Positions 1 through 12,177 are shown, counted from the first letter of the stretch. The stretch: DNA of 64,000 bases from an uncultured virus (IMG/VR IMGVR_UViG_3300046007_009360) (IMGVR_UViG_3300046007_009360); one strand, 5' to 3'. Made by a program: numbers and translations. The notes: generated from the sequence alone by a model not told the origin.

Positions 1-1
1 T

Positions 2-508
2 ATCAATGGTTATCTTGCGATTCGTGACTTTGTTTATTGGAAGCACAATCGCAAAGAACTTCTAAAGCGTCTTACTCGTTCTGGCGTTGGTTGTCAGAAA
101 GAACGCACCGATTACATTTGGGATTTCGCAAAAGATTTCTGGCAGAATCCTAAAGACTTCTCTTGCCCACAAAAGAGAAACCGATATGTTTCTGTTCGTG
201 ATAATCTTGTAGAGCGTATTCGTGGATTGAGTTATGCTAAAGTAAGTTTTAGCTTTGAGATGATTGACCCTCTCTTTGCTAGAGTTTTATGCGGTGATGT
301 CCACCATCTTCGCTTCTATGGTATGCAAGATTTAAAATATACAAAATCAAAAGTAGGTGTTGCAAAGTATAAAGCGATGGAACAACATTGGATGGAAAAT
401 TGTCAGAGATTAAATGTTCCATCCTATATCGCTCGTTGTATTATGTGGGATGAGATTCAGAAACAGCCCGATAGCGATTATTGGGGATATGTTCTCAAGC
501 CATTCTGA
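2..508 (+). CDS. HhH-type DNA glycosylase-like protein (5' truncated by window edge)
   Basis: The frame of ORF 227..508 is open back to base 2. It reads ...RDNLVERIRGLSYAKVSF...VLCGDVHHLRF, resembling the helix-hairpin-helix plus catalytic Asp region of OGG/AGOG-type glycosylases. Confidence 0.5.
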   Translation: MNGYLAIRDFVYWKHNRKELLKRLTRSGVGCQKERTDYIWDFAKDFWQNPKDFSCPQKRNRYVSVRDNLVERIRGLSYAKVSFSFEMIDPLFARVLCGDVHHLRFYGMQDLKYTKSKVGVAKYKAMEQHWMENCQRLNVPSYIARCIMWDEIQKQPDSDYWGYVLKPF

Positions 509-905
509 TGATACCTTGCGTTAGCTTTTCAATATCAAAGAATTATGCAGTAGACTTTTGTGTTTTTTATCAGATTAGAAAATCAGAAGATGGCATAACT
601 TTCTTTGACTTAAATGTTAATACAGATTATTATGAGGCAGATCATAACCCAAAATTAAACTTCTCTCTCATAGTTTTAAACTGGACGATATTTGAATTGA
701 CAATCTATAATAAAAATCATATAAATTAAAGTATGCAAATCTCCTCTTATTTTACGGAGAATGAACTAGATATGGCTCTTACTTTAGTATCGGATATTCT
801 TTCTGATACAAAAAGTTTAGAAGAAATTTCTGTATCTTATGATGCTGGTAATAAATTAGTTGAATTAAAAGAAAAGATCGAGTTTTATAAAACGGAAATA
901 CAAAA

Positions 906-1136
906 ATGAAACTAGAAGATTTAATTGATCGCAAAATTCTTTTTATTAATTATCCTATTAATAAATATTCAATTCAAGAGGGAAAAGTATCAGAGATTTC
1001 TCCCGCTAAAAAATGTATTAAGATTAATTCTGATTGGCACTTGATTGATAACATTCGTATCATAGAATTGTTTAAAGAAAATGAAAGACCAAAGTTAGGA
1101 TTTGGCTTGCCAACAAATGAAAAAAATGCAAAATAA
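906..1136 (+). CDS. hypothetical protein
   Basis: ATG ORF in a tightly packed + strand run. Confidence 0.6.
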   Translation: MKLEDLIDRKILFINYPINKYSIQEGKVSEISPAKKCIKINSDWHLIDNIRIIELFKENERPKLGFGLPTNEKNAK

Positions 1137-1277
1137 GGATATGGAAAAAGCAATTAGATTAATGGAAGAATTGGCTATTCAAGCCGATGAAGATTGTCCT
1201 CACGATTGTAGGACAATGCACTTTAGTAATGCTCTTGAAGAAGCTATTGAATTTATAAAGGAGTATAAAAACGCAAA

Positions 1278-1487
1278 ATGAAAATGGGACGAGTTTGTTT
1301 GGATTTAAATTATATTGTAGATATGGACAATCAAGAAATGGTTGAAAGAGCCTACGAATGTTTATATGAAGATTTAATGCAAGGCGTTAAGTATGGTAAT
1401 ATCGGTAATTGGATTGATGTCATTGAAGATAAGAACGCAAAAGAAGATATGATTCCAGAATTTTTATTGGAGAAAGAAAATGATTAA
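1278..1487 (+). CDS. hypothetical protein
   Basis: ORF track; overlaps the next ORF start. Confidence 0.6.
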   Translation: MKMGRVCLDLNYIVDMDNQEMVERAYECLYEDLMQGVKYGNIGNWIDVIEDKNAKEDMIPEFLLEKEND

Positions 1488-1692
1488 TAGAGTAATTAAA
1501 CATACCAATCCTAGAGATATGATTCTTGCAAACCTAAAGAAAGCATATCTCCAAGAAGATAATAAGACTCTTGTAGATCGTGTTATGGAATTTTATGCTC
1601 ATCTTTCGGATTATGAACTTTGTCAAAGATATTCTGAAAAATTTGAGACAAATCCAAAATATATAGCAGAGCAGTTTGAATTTAATTTCTAA
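1480..1692 (+). CDS. hypothetical protein
   Basis: ORF track; coupled to upstream ORF. Confidence 0.6.
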   Translation: MINRVIKHTNPRDMILANLKKAYLQEDNKTLVDRVMEFYAHLSDYELCQRYSEKFETNPKYIAEQFEFNF

Positions 1693-1707
1693 TGTGTAAT
1701 TAGATTT

Positions 1708-1917
1708 ATGGGTAGGAAAAAAATAGAGAAATCCAGAATCCAGAAAAGCATAGAGAAAGAAGAAAAAACTTTCTCCGCTATGGCTAAAAAGATTGTTGAT
1801 GCTATTGAAAATGAAAAATTTTTAAGAGAATTTACAAAACAATGTCTTGAAAGCCTTTACAAAGACGACCCAAAGTTATTCGCAGATCACGCAAAATTAA
1901 AGTTGAAGAAAAAATAA
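1708..1917 (+). CDS. hypothetical basic protein
   Basis: ATG preceded by GTGTAAT motif at 1694. Confidence 0.6.
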   Translation: MGRKKIEKSRIQKSIEKEEKTFSAMAKKIVDAIENEKFLREFTKQCLESLYKDDPKLFADHAKLKLKKK

Positions 1918-2612
1918 ATCTGCGGTATTATCTATTGTATGGAAGAAGAAGTTAAGGCACTTCGCACAATGAAAGAATTTGTAGCGTGGTATGAAAGTAG
2001 AGAAGAAATGCCAACTGATAAACTTCACGAATTTTATGTTAAATTTAAATATATTGTAGAGCAAGAAGAAGAAATGAATGAATATATGAGAAAACTTTTA
2101 GGATAAATTTATGGAAAACGCAAAGACATTAGTATCACACTTAAATAAAGATTTGGTTGAACTTGAAGATGATATAAAAGGTTTAATCAAATGGCACGAA
2201 GAAAATCACAAGCATATTGCTGGTGTAAATTGGAAAGAACTAGATAAGGTAGAAGGACTTGTAAAGAAACTCAAAAAGCATTTTAAAAGATGAGATTTGT
2301 TTCAGATTTTATTAATACTTTTTTTAGTTTTATTTTTGTGGGTTTGATAACATTTAGTTATGCTATATCGGAGTTATGGAAAAGCATCAAAGGTTTATTT
2401 TCTTTTGCAAGACCTTTAACATCAGAGATTTTAGCTGATGTTTCTCTTATATTGCTTTTCTTTTATCAAATATTCTTATCAGTTTTTAGCTCTATTTGCT
2501 TGAGCATCAGTAAGTTTCTTTTTTGTTTATCAAAAGTATCTAATAAAAAATCAGAGGAGATTATCAATAGACTTTGGATTAACTAAAAAAATACTTGCGT
2601 GTAAATTAAAAT

Positions 2613-2951
2613 GTGAGTATAAATAAGGTTAAGAGGACACCATATACATTAGCAATTATGAAATTAAGCAAACATAAGAAAAATATCACAGACTTTATTG
2701 AGACATCTTTCCCCGATTATACTGACAAGATTCTTCTTGCAGATGGATTTGATGATGCTTTTATCGGCGTTGGCGAGAATGAAAATGGCAATCCTGTTGC
2801 AGTATATTCTATCGAAAAATGCTTGGATATTCTTGCAGAGCAATTCAGCGATCAAGATGACCCCGAAACTGATGCGATTGATTATTTTGAGTTTAATGTT
2901 CGTGGTTCTTATGTTGGCGAATTTACCCCAATATTCATCCATACAATTTAA
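2613..2951 (+). CDS. conserved phage hypothetical protein
   Basis: LLADGFDDAFIGV...AVYS...DAIDYFEFNVRGSYVGEFTPIF, a motif set I recognise from unannotated phage proteins. Confidence 0.7.
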   Translation: MSINKVKRTPYTLAIMKLSKHKKNITDFIETSFPDYTDKILLADGFDDAFIGVGENENGNPVAVYSIEKCLDILAEQFSDQDDPETDAIDYFEFNVRGSYVGEFTPIFIHTI

Positions 2952-3278
2952 ATGAAATATAAAGTAGATTGGTTTAATTTAGCTACCACTTATCTTTTCT
3001 TTGGACTTGTTTATAGTGGCGTTATTTGGCTTATTTGGAATTTTCTTTTTGCTCCATTTTATGATTTGAATTTTTCATTCCTTCAAATCCTTGGCGGTTA
3101 TACTATCATTCGTATTCTTTTTGGCAATAGTAATACCAATTATGTGAGTAATATCTATACCCCAAAGAATCCAGATTTAGATAAAATTGATGATTATTTA
3201 AAAGACTTTCAAGACCAATTAGATAAAGAAGCAAAAGAAGTCGAAGATCGTTATAGAGATTTAGATAAAAAAGATTGA
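2952..3278 (+). CDS. membrane protein, hypothetical
   Basis: Two hydrophobic segments followed by a charged coil. Confidence 0.6.
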   Translation: MKYKVDWFNLATTYLFFGLVYSGVIWLIWNFLFAPFYDLNFSFLQILGGYTIIRILFGNSNTNYVSNIYTPKNPDLDKIDDYLKDFQDQLDKEAKEVEDRYRDLDKKD

Positions 3279-3309
3279 TTTTAATTTAAAAATAAATTAA
3301 TCTCAAGTT

Positions 3310-3723
3310 ATGAATTTTAATAAGATAATTGAGGTTAGTTATGCTTTAATTAACAAACATAATGCTGACCTTCGTTGCCGTCATTTTAGTTTCATCTTGG
3401 ATAGAAATCGTATTATAAGTATTGGATTAAACTCCCCGAAAACTCATCCTCTTAATCTTAAATACAATTATGTTAATAAAAATAACGAAAAGATTTCAAA
3501 TATTGTTGGAACTCATAGTGAATTAAGTGCAGTTATTAGACTTGGCGAAGAAGATTGCTCTAAATTAACTCTCGTAAATACAAGGATTAATAGAAATAAT
3601 ATGCTAGATTTTTCTGCTCCTTGTAATGGATGCTGTGATATGATTAAGCAATTAAATTTCAAGAATGTATATTTTAGTAATGTTCAAGGCAAATTCGATA
3701 AATTAAATTTGACAAATAGTTAA
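3310..3723 (+). CDS. zinc-dependent cytidine/dCMP deaminase-fold protein
   Basis: HSE (HxE) and PCNGC (PCxxC) motifs. Confidence 0.75.
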   Translation: MNFNKIIEVSYALINKHNADLRCRHFSFILDRNRIISIGLNSPKTHPLNLKYNYVNKNNEKISNIVGTHSELSAVIRLGEEDCSKLTLVNTRINRNNMLDFSAPCNGCCDMIKQLNFKNVYFSNVQGKFDKLNLTNS

Positions 3724-4091
3724 ATATCAATTAATATTAATAATTATGGCAATTAGACCCAAAACATACTTCGTTAAGATGACTGATAATACTGATGGCA
3801 CATTTACCATCAGCGAGACAAAGGTTCTTGACAAGGTTAATCAACACGCTCGTCATTGGAGATCATTCGATAAGCGTAAATTGACCAGCAAGCTCCGTAA
3901 TTCAGTCCTCGTCACGAAATAAGTATCATACGATTCACCCTTAATTTGGTAGAAATACCGAGTTATGGGTGTAATCTATTTTGTTATGAAGTCTAATAAT
4001 TATAATAGGAGTTTCGTAGTCGCCAGAAGAAGTTAATCTGGCTTGACATTTTTCCCAATTTAAATTAAATTTAATTCTAGGAGGACAAGTT

Positions 4092-4571
4092 ATGCAAATA
4101 CTATGCAGATTAATACTGATTAGCGTTGTTTCGTTGGGATTATTCCGCAACGAAATTAAGGCTCCATCTTTTTCTGGCGATCAAGTAATTCAAAGATGCG
4201 TTAAGACTGAACGCTTTGTAAAGGCTAATATTCCTAAAAAAGAGATTAAGGTTCGATTAACAGCTTATTGGGCAAAAGGTGGCGATACTGATAGTTGGAG
4301 TGCAAAACGCCAAAGCTCTACTGGTGTTAGACTTAAACCTAATATTTCAGTTGCCGTAGACCCAAAAGTTATACCTTATTTTAGTAGAGTTTATATACCT
4401 AATCTTGGATTTAGATATGCTCACGATACTGGAACAGCAGTTATTAATAAGAAGGCTAGTGGTGGTAAATATCCTGTTATTGATATTTTCTTTTTGAATA
4501 AAAAAGATGCTATAAGGTTCGCAAATACTCATCCAAAGATTGTAAAAGTAAAAGTTTTTGATAGAATATAG
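4092..4571 (+). CDS. 3D (Asp-Asp-Asp) domain cell-wall protein
   Basis: TAY...VAVDPKVIP...AHDTG...IDIFF motifs; N-terminal hydrophobic signal. Confidence 0.8.
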   Translation: MQILCRLILISVVSLGLFRNEIKAPSFSGDQVIQRCVKTERFVKANIPKKEIKVRLTAYWAKGGDTDSWSAKRQSSTGVRLKPNISVAVDPKVIPYFSRVYIPNLGFRYAHDTGTAVINKKASGGKYPVIDIFFLNKKDAIRFANTHPKIVKVKVFDRI

Positions 4572-4574
4572 TAT

Positions 4575-4958
4575 ATGATTATTGATGATAGCGTCAGTTT
4601 CTTTGGCGTATATTATCATAATTGTGTTTTTCATTTAAATTTATCAAAAGAATTTTCTGATATTTACTCTAAAGAAAAATATAAAAATGTTCTTTTATGT
4701 CAAAAAGATGAACATAATGGCTATCTTTTAACTCAAAGTATAATGACCGATAAAAGCAAAAATCCTTATATGCAGAGTTATTATTACAGAGATAAAGAAG
4801 AATTAAAGAAAGGATTTAGGAAAATATCTGATAAGATAGAATCCTCAGAAAAAACATTTTATCTTTTAAGAAGTAATAAATATTATGATGTTGCAGATAC
4901 AGAAAATATTGTTAAGATATGGAAAAGAGAGGTAAAAAATGCCACCAAAGAAAATTAA
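4575..4958 (+). CDS. hypothetical protein
   Basis: ORF track. Confidence 0.6.
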   Translation: MIIDDSVSFFGVYYHNCVFHLNLSKEFSDIYSKEKYKNVLLCQKDEHNGYLLTQSIMTDKSKNPYMQSYYYRDKEELKKGFRKISDKIESSEKTFYLLRSNKYYDVADTENIVKIWKREVKNATKEN

Positions 4959-5226
4959 AATCCAATTCCTTTCAGAGCATATCGCTAGTTTAAATCATTG
5001 GCGAGATGAGCTATTAAAATTAGATAAAACTTATTTTCATAAAGATCACGAAAAAGAACGCACTATTAAAAATATGATTAACAAATATCTAGATGATGTT
5101 CTAGAGTATAATAAAAAATCCAAGGAAAAGGTTAAAAATTAGGTGTAATAAAAAGTAAGAATATATGGAACTTTTAATTATTTCCGCTTGTTTTATCCTC
5201 GGTAGTATTTTTGGAGTTAGGTTCGT

Positions 5227-5436
5227 ATGAACTGGCTATTAAATATTTTTGATTCAGTTAAGTGGAAAATTGAAGATGCAGTTTGGGCAATCCAAGATAA
5301 GATTAAACTATCAAAAGAATTAAAAGAGATTGATGCTCAATGGGATAACATAGAAGAAGTAGAAGAAATTGAAGTTAAACCAAAGAAAAAGAAAGCCAAA
5401 AAGAAAAGTGCTAAAAAGGCTAAAAAAAGCGTTTAA
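5227..5436 (+). CDS. hypothetical protein with Lys/Ala-rich tail
   Basis: C-terminal KPKKKKAKKKSAKKAKK. Confidence 0.6.
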   Translation: MNWLLNIFDSVKWKIEDAVWAIQDKIKLSKELKEIDAQWDNIEEVEEIEVKPKKKKAKKKSAKKAKKSV

Positions 5437-5920
5437 GTGGTTGTTGGGTATTAAATTAGGTTGTGGCTGTTCTGCTTGTAATTGTAAAAATAACTTGATC
5501 TAAATTTTAAATTCAGTTAGTATATACTAACTATGGCACTATCAAAAGAAGAACTAAAAGAAGTCCGCAAGATTGCATCTACTATTAAAAATAGCGGTAT
5601 GAATCCTTGGGGAAATACTAAAAAAATTAAATTTAAATCCAAAAAGCCTATCTTCAACAGAGAAGATGCTGATGACCAAGGCGATATGGAAAAATTTAAG
5701 AAAAATCAATAATATATATTGACATTATCTCAAATATATATTAATATAACAATATGAATACAACTCAAAACCAATACACTTGGTCAGTAAAAGCTACCAA
5801 CGGACAAGTAGTTGTGGCTCCAAAGAGCTACCCTACCCTTCGTGGTGCAAAGATCGCCAGTAAGCGTTTCGCTAACAAAACTGGTGGTCAAGTAGTTTCT
5901 GTCTCGACCAAGTAATTAAT

Positions 5921-5962
5921 AATAGGGCATTGGGCTAATCCCCGATGCCCTATTTATTTTTT
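5921..5962 (+). terminator. intrinsic terminator
   Basis: AATAGGGCATTGGG-loop-CCCGATGCCCTATT followed by a T run. Confidence 0.75.
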
Positions 5963-7157
5963 CAAAAGACTTGCAACAAGTATAAAACTAATATAAAATA
6001 AAAATATGTGGTCGCCAATAGATATATTCTTCATAGCTTGGTTTTGTAATTTTTCTCCTTGTCAAGAAGCAAGGTTAAGTGTTGCAGAAATTATCGAAGC
6101 AAAAGAGAACAAAGTAATTCGTCAAACGATTGGATTAAGAGATGATGTTTAATCTTCGTAGAGCAGTTGCTTTTGTTATGGTGGTAATTGCTTGGATTCT
6201 TCTTACATTCTTTTTTATTGGATGTGCGAGCGTAGATAAAGTCCAAGAAAAAGAAGGTTGGTTTCCTGTTGGTATGGAAGAAGATAACCAAAGTTTTTAT
6301 AATAGTAAATATAATATGATGGATAATGGTCAAGACGACCCTAATGCTAATGTAAAAGTTTTTAGAAAGGAATTTTAATATGGCACTATCAAAACAAGAA
6401 TTAATTGAAATAAATGAAGCACTAAAGCGTATCGAGGATAAACTCGATCAAACTCTCGCTTTGATGCAAAAGCCACTTCCAAAATTAAATATCAAAGGTT
6501 ATCCAGCCAAAAACTTTGATTGGACTAGCAAAATCTTTTCTTTTAAGACTAAAGGTAATTCTGAATGAGTAATTGGCGAATTACCCCAGAACTTCATCAG
6601 TTAGGTTCTGATGATAAAATATCATTGATTTATGCTATTGATATGGCATTAAGAAATGTAGACAATCCTATCATAATTAAAAAATTTGAAAAGATGCGTA
6701 GCAAATTACTATTGACAAAAGATGGAAAACAGAGGAAGATAAAAGTGTGAACCAAAAATTTACATTTTCGCATACATTTAAAGATGCAAATGGTAAAGAG
6801 ATCAATAATACTCTTGAAACTAATGACTTTGTTCTTGAAGATATTTGTGAGAGATTTACAGACTTTCTTCGTGGATGCGGTTTTCATTTAGATAGAGTAG
6901 AAGCATTTACAGAGGAGGAAAACTATGAAAACAAAAATTAAAGACTCTAACTATCTTAAAATCGGTAAGTTTAAGAAGAAAAATGTTTATGATGTTGATG
7001 TGGATATGAGCGAACATAATAGAGCTTACTTTCTTGATCTCGGAAAGCAAGTTATTACCGATGACCAGTTTATTAATATTGGATTTAATTATGCACTAAT
7101 TAAAGGATTAGAACTTGCAGAAGAAATCGCTGAAAAGAACAAGAAAAAGAAGAAGAA

Positions 7158-7493
7158 ATGACCTTCAATAACTATCAGACTAATGCTAGTAGAACTGCTT
7201 TCTACCCAAGAGTATTTCCAAATCAAGGACTTTATTATACAGCACTAGGACTTGCTGGTGAAGCTGGCGAAGTTGCTAACAAAGTCAAGAAAATAATGAG
7301 AGATAACGGAGGGAAGTTAGAGGAAATCCATAAAGCAGACCTCTATGCTGAACTTGGAGATGTTCTATGGTATTGTGCAACTATGGCAGATGAACTTGGT
7401 GTTAATCTTGAAGATGTTGCGATTTCTAATATAAATAAACTTGCAGACCGATTAAAAAGAGATAAAATAAAAGGAAGTGGAGATAACCGATGA
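7158..7493 (+). CDS. mazG: MazG-like nucleotide pyrophosphohydrolase
   Basis: LGLAGEAGEVANKVKK...ELGDVLWY...NINKL motifs. Confidence 0.9.
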   Translation: MTFNNYQTNASRTAFYPRVFPNQGLYYTALGLAGEAGEVANKVKKIMRDNGGKLEEIHKADLYAELGDVLWYCATMADELGVNLEDVAISNINKLADRLKRDKIKGSGDNR

Positions 7494-8929
7494 ACGCAAA
7501 CCCTTTAGACTATGATGCGAAATACCCTCAAACCGCTGATACTCATACCAATGATGAGGCAAAGATTGAGATAATGGAAAGAAATATCGGCAAGGAAGTT
7601 ATGTTTCAGCTTCAAGACACTCAATTCTATGGTAAGATTGCGGGTGTTCCAAACTCTGAACATTATTGTGTTGTCGTAGGAGAGAATTGGGATTGGTATA
7701 TTAGAGAAGAAGCTATACATTTTGTAGAAAATATCTATTAGCATAGTTGAAAACAAAAACTTTAACTCTTAACGAAGAACAATTTAATATAGTTTTTAGA
7801 GCATTAAAAGACTATTACCATCATCACCCATCAGAAAGTTTTGCAAAAGAGATTGACCAAGTAATAAAATTGCTAGATACTATACCCTATAACGAGGAGA
7901 TAAACCAATGACCAAAACTAAAAAATTCAAAAATCTAAAAGAATATATGCAAACTCTTAACGAAGATGAGCAAGAGTATATTTATAGCTTATACTATCAT
8001 AGCTCTGTTAGCGATCTAGTAGATTTGCTATTTGAATATATGCCAGCAGATGATACTATCACAGAAATTGAAGATTATAGGCGTGAGGTAGCAGAAGAAG
8101 CTGAAACCTTGCACGAAGGCGAACAGGATTAGATATTAGGCTTGGGCGAGGCTAAAAATGGCTAAATTTAAAAAGAAAACCAATAAATTGAGTAAATCAG
8201 AAAAGCATTATCTCTTTGCGGTCTTGGGTAATATTCTTAAATTTGGCTTTTCAAAAAAGGATATTAAGGATATTCTAAAGAAGATATGAATGAACTAACT
8301 ACCATTATTAGTTTGGCTCTTGGTCTTTCTTCGGTATTAGCTTTTAACTACCTAAATAAATGAATACTATTCAATTTATAATAGAAGCCTTTGCGGTTAT
8401 GTTTATTATATCTTTTCTTATAGAGTTTAAGGACTAATATGTATATTTACTTTGGTTCTAGCATAGAAGGAACAATTATCCTGTTAGTGGTATCCATCGC
8501 CCTTACTGCACTAATAGTGGGTATTTTGGGGCTATCTGCATATATTCTTGTTGTTTTAAATAAGATAAAGAGGTATATTAAGCGTAGAGGAGATAAATAG
8601 AAAGGATATATTAAAAAGGGGTATGAAAAATCAAATACGATCTTTGTTAGGTATAGAAATGGCATTAGGTAAGAGGGAATTTAAGCCTTTTCTATTGTTA
8701 ATTGGAGTATTATTGTTCTTATTAATGGTAATTCCTATTGGATTATCTTTAGCTTATTATAAATTTAAATATACTCTGTTAAATAGTTGGGGAGAGATAA
8801 AGAAAGGTAATAAATTAGTTAAATATAAGGGTGTTAAAGGGGTTTGACTATATTTTCTTTATACAAATAAGTCAAGAGAAAAATTAATAATATATTTTCT
8901 TTTTTTCTCTTATCTACTATAATAGTGTT

Positions 8930-9355
8930 ATGGATGATATGGATAAGATATATGATACCTATAAAATCAACAAAAATAAACTAAAAATAGATGATTGGGT
9001 TGTTGTAGATGAGTATTTCTACTACAAATATAAAGATAATATAACTATAAATAGCTTAACTCTATATCACGGCGAAAACGAACTAACTAAAAGAAAAGAA
9101 AGATATGTAGTAGCAGAATCTAAAAAGGAATATATCCTATTAAAATATAATAGTAATTTTCTTGCGGTAAATATATGTGAAAGAGAATATGATCTAACTA
9201 AAAATATAACTCTTGTTATGATAAATAAGAATAGTGTTCATAATATTGAAAATAATACAGGCGAAGTGCCAGATATTAAATATATATGTAAGATTCTAGG
9301 CTGGAAGATAACCCGCAAAGCTATTAAAAATTTAGAAGAAATTGAAGATATTTAA
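8930..9355 (+). CDS. hypothetical protein
   Basis: ORF track, 141 aa. Confidence 0.55.
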   Translation: MDDMDKIYDTYKINKNKLKIDDWVVVDEYFYYKYKDNITINSLTLYHGENELTKRKERYVVAESKKEYILLKYNSNFLAVNICEREYDLTKNITLVMINKNSVHNIENNTGEVPDIKYICKILGWKITRKAIKNLEEIEDI

Positions 9356-9717
9356 CCCTATTTGCGACATTTTGTTTGCATAATAAGATATTTAGATTAT
9401 AATAGAATAAGCCGTGAAACCCAAGGTTAGTGGTGAACCTGTAATCTTTTAGACCCCTTCCAGATTGCGAAAACCACCTCTTTAAATAATGATAACAACC
9501 AACCAAATAAAAGCTATGACAGAAAATGAATTAGCTTATCTTTATTATTGTTTAGATACTGAATGGAATAGTTTAAATATGGGCTATCCTATGAACCTAA
9601 ATATTATGAAAACCTTTAAAAATAATAGTATTCAATATCTTTTAAATAAATATAGTTCCAACTTGACAGACGAAAATAAAAACATTATTATGGATATACT
9701 AAATAAACTAGAAGAAT

Positions 9718-10230
9718 ATGTCTGATATAAAAGTTAATTTTGATTATTTTGATCTTTTAAGCATATTAGGTATTGCTGAAAGACGAAATATTATTAAACA
9801 AGTATATGGCGTAAAAAGCCAAAGATATGATAAGAATCAAACTGATTTTTTAACTCATATTAATGGAGTAATGGGCGAAGCGGCTGTTGCTAGATTTCTT
9901 AATATCAAATTAGATAAAAACATTTCACTTAGTGGCGATGATAAAATAAAAGACTTAGTAAAAGATAATAAAACAATTCAAGTAAAAACTAGCATCAAAG
10001 AACAAAATAAGCATTTGCTATTTAATGATAAAAGTTTATTTAAAGCAGACTTAGCGGTTTTTGCTTCGGTTATATCTATCACAGAAACTATTATCCGAGG
10101 CTGGATTACTAAAGAGGAATTCTTAAATAAAGCAGAACCCAAGGATTTTGGATATGGTCAGAGATGGACAATTCCATTTGACAAATTAAATAATCCAAAT
10201 AAACTAAAAGAATACTTTGGAGCAAAATAA
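9718..10230 (+). CDS. PD-(D/E)xK-like nuclease, putative
   Basis: GEAAVARFL...D...IQVKT pattern (E-D-QxK). Confidence 0.5.
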   Translation: MSDIKVNFDYFDLLSILGIAERRNIIKQVYGVKSQRYDKNQTDFLTHINGVMGEAAVARFLNIKLDKNISLSGDDKIKDLVKDNKTIQVKTSIKEQNKHLLFNDKSLFKADLAVFASVISITETIIRGWITKEEFLNKAEPKDFGYGQRWTIPFDKLNNPNKLKEYFGAK

Positions 10231-11154
10231 TATGAACCAACTATATGCTTATTTGTTTTTGTTTACTTTGATAGTCTCGGCGGCTATTCCTATTATTGGT
10301 TATATTAGGTCTAAATATTATTATATTGATACAAAGCCTATTCACTATTGGCTAAATAAGAAACAAAAAATAAAGAAAAGATATAAGACTTTTAAGAAGC
10401 GAAATAAGAAGTATTTGTCTGTAAATAAGATTAATAGAGTAGGATCTTATAATAAATTCAACTATTTAAGAAAGTGTAATAATATATTATGGAAAACATA
10501 AATCAAAGCAATAACGAATCAACTATCTCTGAGCCTTATTCAAATAGACACCTCGAAGATCCAAGAATCAATTTTTTAGAAAAATTAAATTCTATAGAAC
10601 AAATATTAAAAACCGCAGAAGCTAATGAGTCTAATGAAAATAAGAAGAAAGAAATTCAAGAAGCATTATCATTTATAGAACTTAGAAAAACTATAAGAAA
10701 ACAAAGAGAAGCTTCAGATCTAAATAATATTTAATTGACTAAACTAAATAAGTAAAATAAACTAATCTTATGAACCAAAATAACCTATCGTTAGAAGATT
10801 GGAGATTAATTCAAGATTGTATTGTAGACAAGATTTTTACTCTTAGAGCCAGAGACAACTTTAGTTACGAAGATGTGGTTGATCAATTGGAAATTGTTCT
10901 AGATAAGATTCGTGTGAAAGGATTAACACCAAGGGTTTAAATATATGATATCTATTATAACTGAAAAATTAATTGAAAGCTCTGAAATAAGAGTCTTAGG
11001 ATTAGCTTTGGTACTTTGGATATCGATGTATAGCACTTATTGGGTATGCGGTAAGTTGTTTGATTATAAGTGTGATATCTTTAATATCTTTAAGAAGAAA
11101 AAGAAAAGTCGCCGTAGGTCTTGACTAGGTTTTAGTTTGTGGTATGCTCTTCTT

Positions 11155-11655
11155 ATGAGCAAATCCAAAAAAATTAAATTACCAAAGATGGACGACATCT
11201 ATCAAAAGATCGCAGAAGAGCGTTTAACTAAAGGCGAAGCAGTCAAGCGTAATGCAAAAGCATTATTTGATTTCTTGCAAGAATCAAGAATATCTACTAT
11301 CAATGCAACATTTGATGGTTGTGGCGATAGTGGACAGATCAATAATGTAGAGTATCTTGACCATAGGGGCAAAGATATGACTACTCCAGTTGGCGAAGTT
11401 CCTAATTCACGACTAGAAGCTGGATACCAGTGGAACGATAAGAAGAAGAAGATGGAAGAAATGCCTCCTCGCCAAGGTTGTGTTGAAGAGCTTGTTCACG
11501 AGATATGCTATGATAAGTTAGGTTCAAAGCATATGGGTTGGGAGATCAACGAAGGTTCCTACGGCACATTCAGCTTTGATGTTCTTAATCGCAAGATTAG
11601 TCTTGAGTTTAATGAGCGTATCGAAAGCGTGAATACTACCGAGGAAACATTCTAA
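11155..11655 (+). CDS. DUF6878-like protein
   Basis: FDGCGDSGQI...GWEINEGSYGTF motifs; start moved to ATG 11155, 6 nt after the -10 box. Confidence 0.7.
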   Translation: MSKSKKIKLPKMDDIYQKIAEERLTKGEAVKRNAKALFDFLQESRISTINATFDGCGDSGQINNVEYLDHRGKDMTTPVGEVPNSRLEAGYQWNDKKKKMEEMPPRQGCVEELVHEICYDKLGSKHMGWEINEGSYGTFSFDVLNRKISLEFNERIESVNTTEETF

Positions 11656-12005
11656 TGGCTAATCCTTACCATCATTCTGTATCTTCAGCAAAGAAATGGG
11701 GAGGAACGCCCGAAGATTATCAGAAGATTCACGATTGGTTCGATGAATCAAAGATGATGATGGCAGACTTTAGACATCGTGCGTTGCGTCATCACGCCGA
11801 GGGCATCTTTATGTGTGAGAGGATATTTGGTCACACGATCACATTATCCAACGGCAAAAAGATTCCTACTCGCTGGATTGGCGAACAGCACGTTATTGAA
11901 GATTTGGGTCGTATTCCTTCGATGCAAGACTGGTTCAAACATATTATGCCCGAAAGTTGGATGGGCAAAACCAAGAAACTTGACATCGAACTAGAATTGG
12001 TCTAA
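11655..12005 (+). CDS. DUF6915-like protein
   Basis: MANPYHHSVSSAKKWGG...IHDWFDESK...RHRALRHHAEG...GEQHV.EDLG; usual partner of DUF6878. Confidence 0.8.
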   Translation: MANPYHHSVSSAKKWGGTPEDYQKIHDWFDESKMMMADFRHRALRHHAEGIFMCERIFGHTITLSNGKKIPTRWIGEQHVIEDLGRIPSMQDWFKHIMPESWMGKTKKLDIELELV

Positions 12006-12105
12006 AGTAGACAAAGATTTGTTGTGTGAGGTGATGGTGAGGTCATCGGTGGTCGCTTCCGTAATAAGCGAATCGTTTGGGGGTATCGTAAACCCTCGCC
12101 GTTTT

Positions 12106-12177
12106 TGCCTAATAGCTCAATGGTAGAGCGTACCGCTGTTAACGGTATGGTTATAGGTTCGAGTCCTATTTAGGCAG
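12106..12177 (+). tRNA. tRNA-Asn(GTT)
   Basis: TGCCTAA/TTAGGCA acceptor, anticodon arm TACCG-CTGTTAA-CGGTA, TTCGAGT T-loop. Confidence 0.95.
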
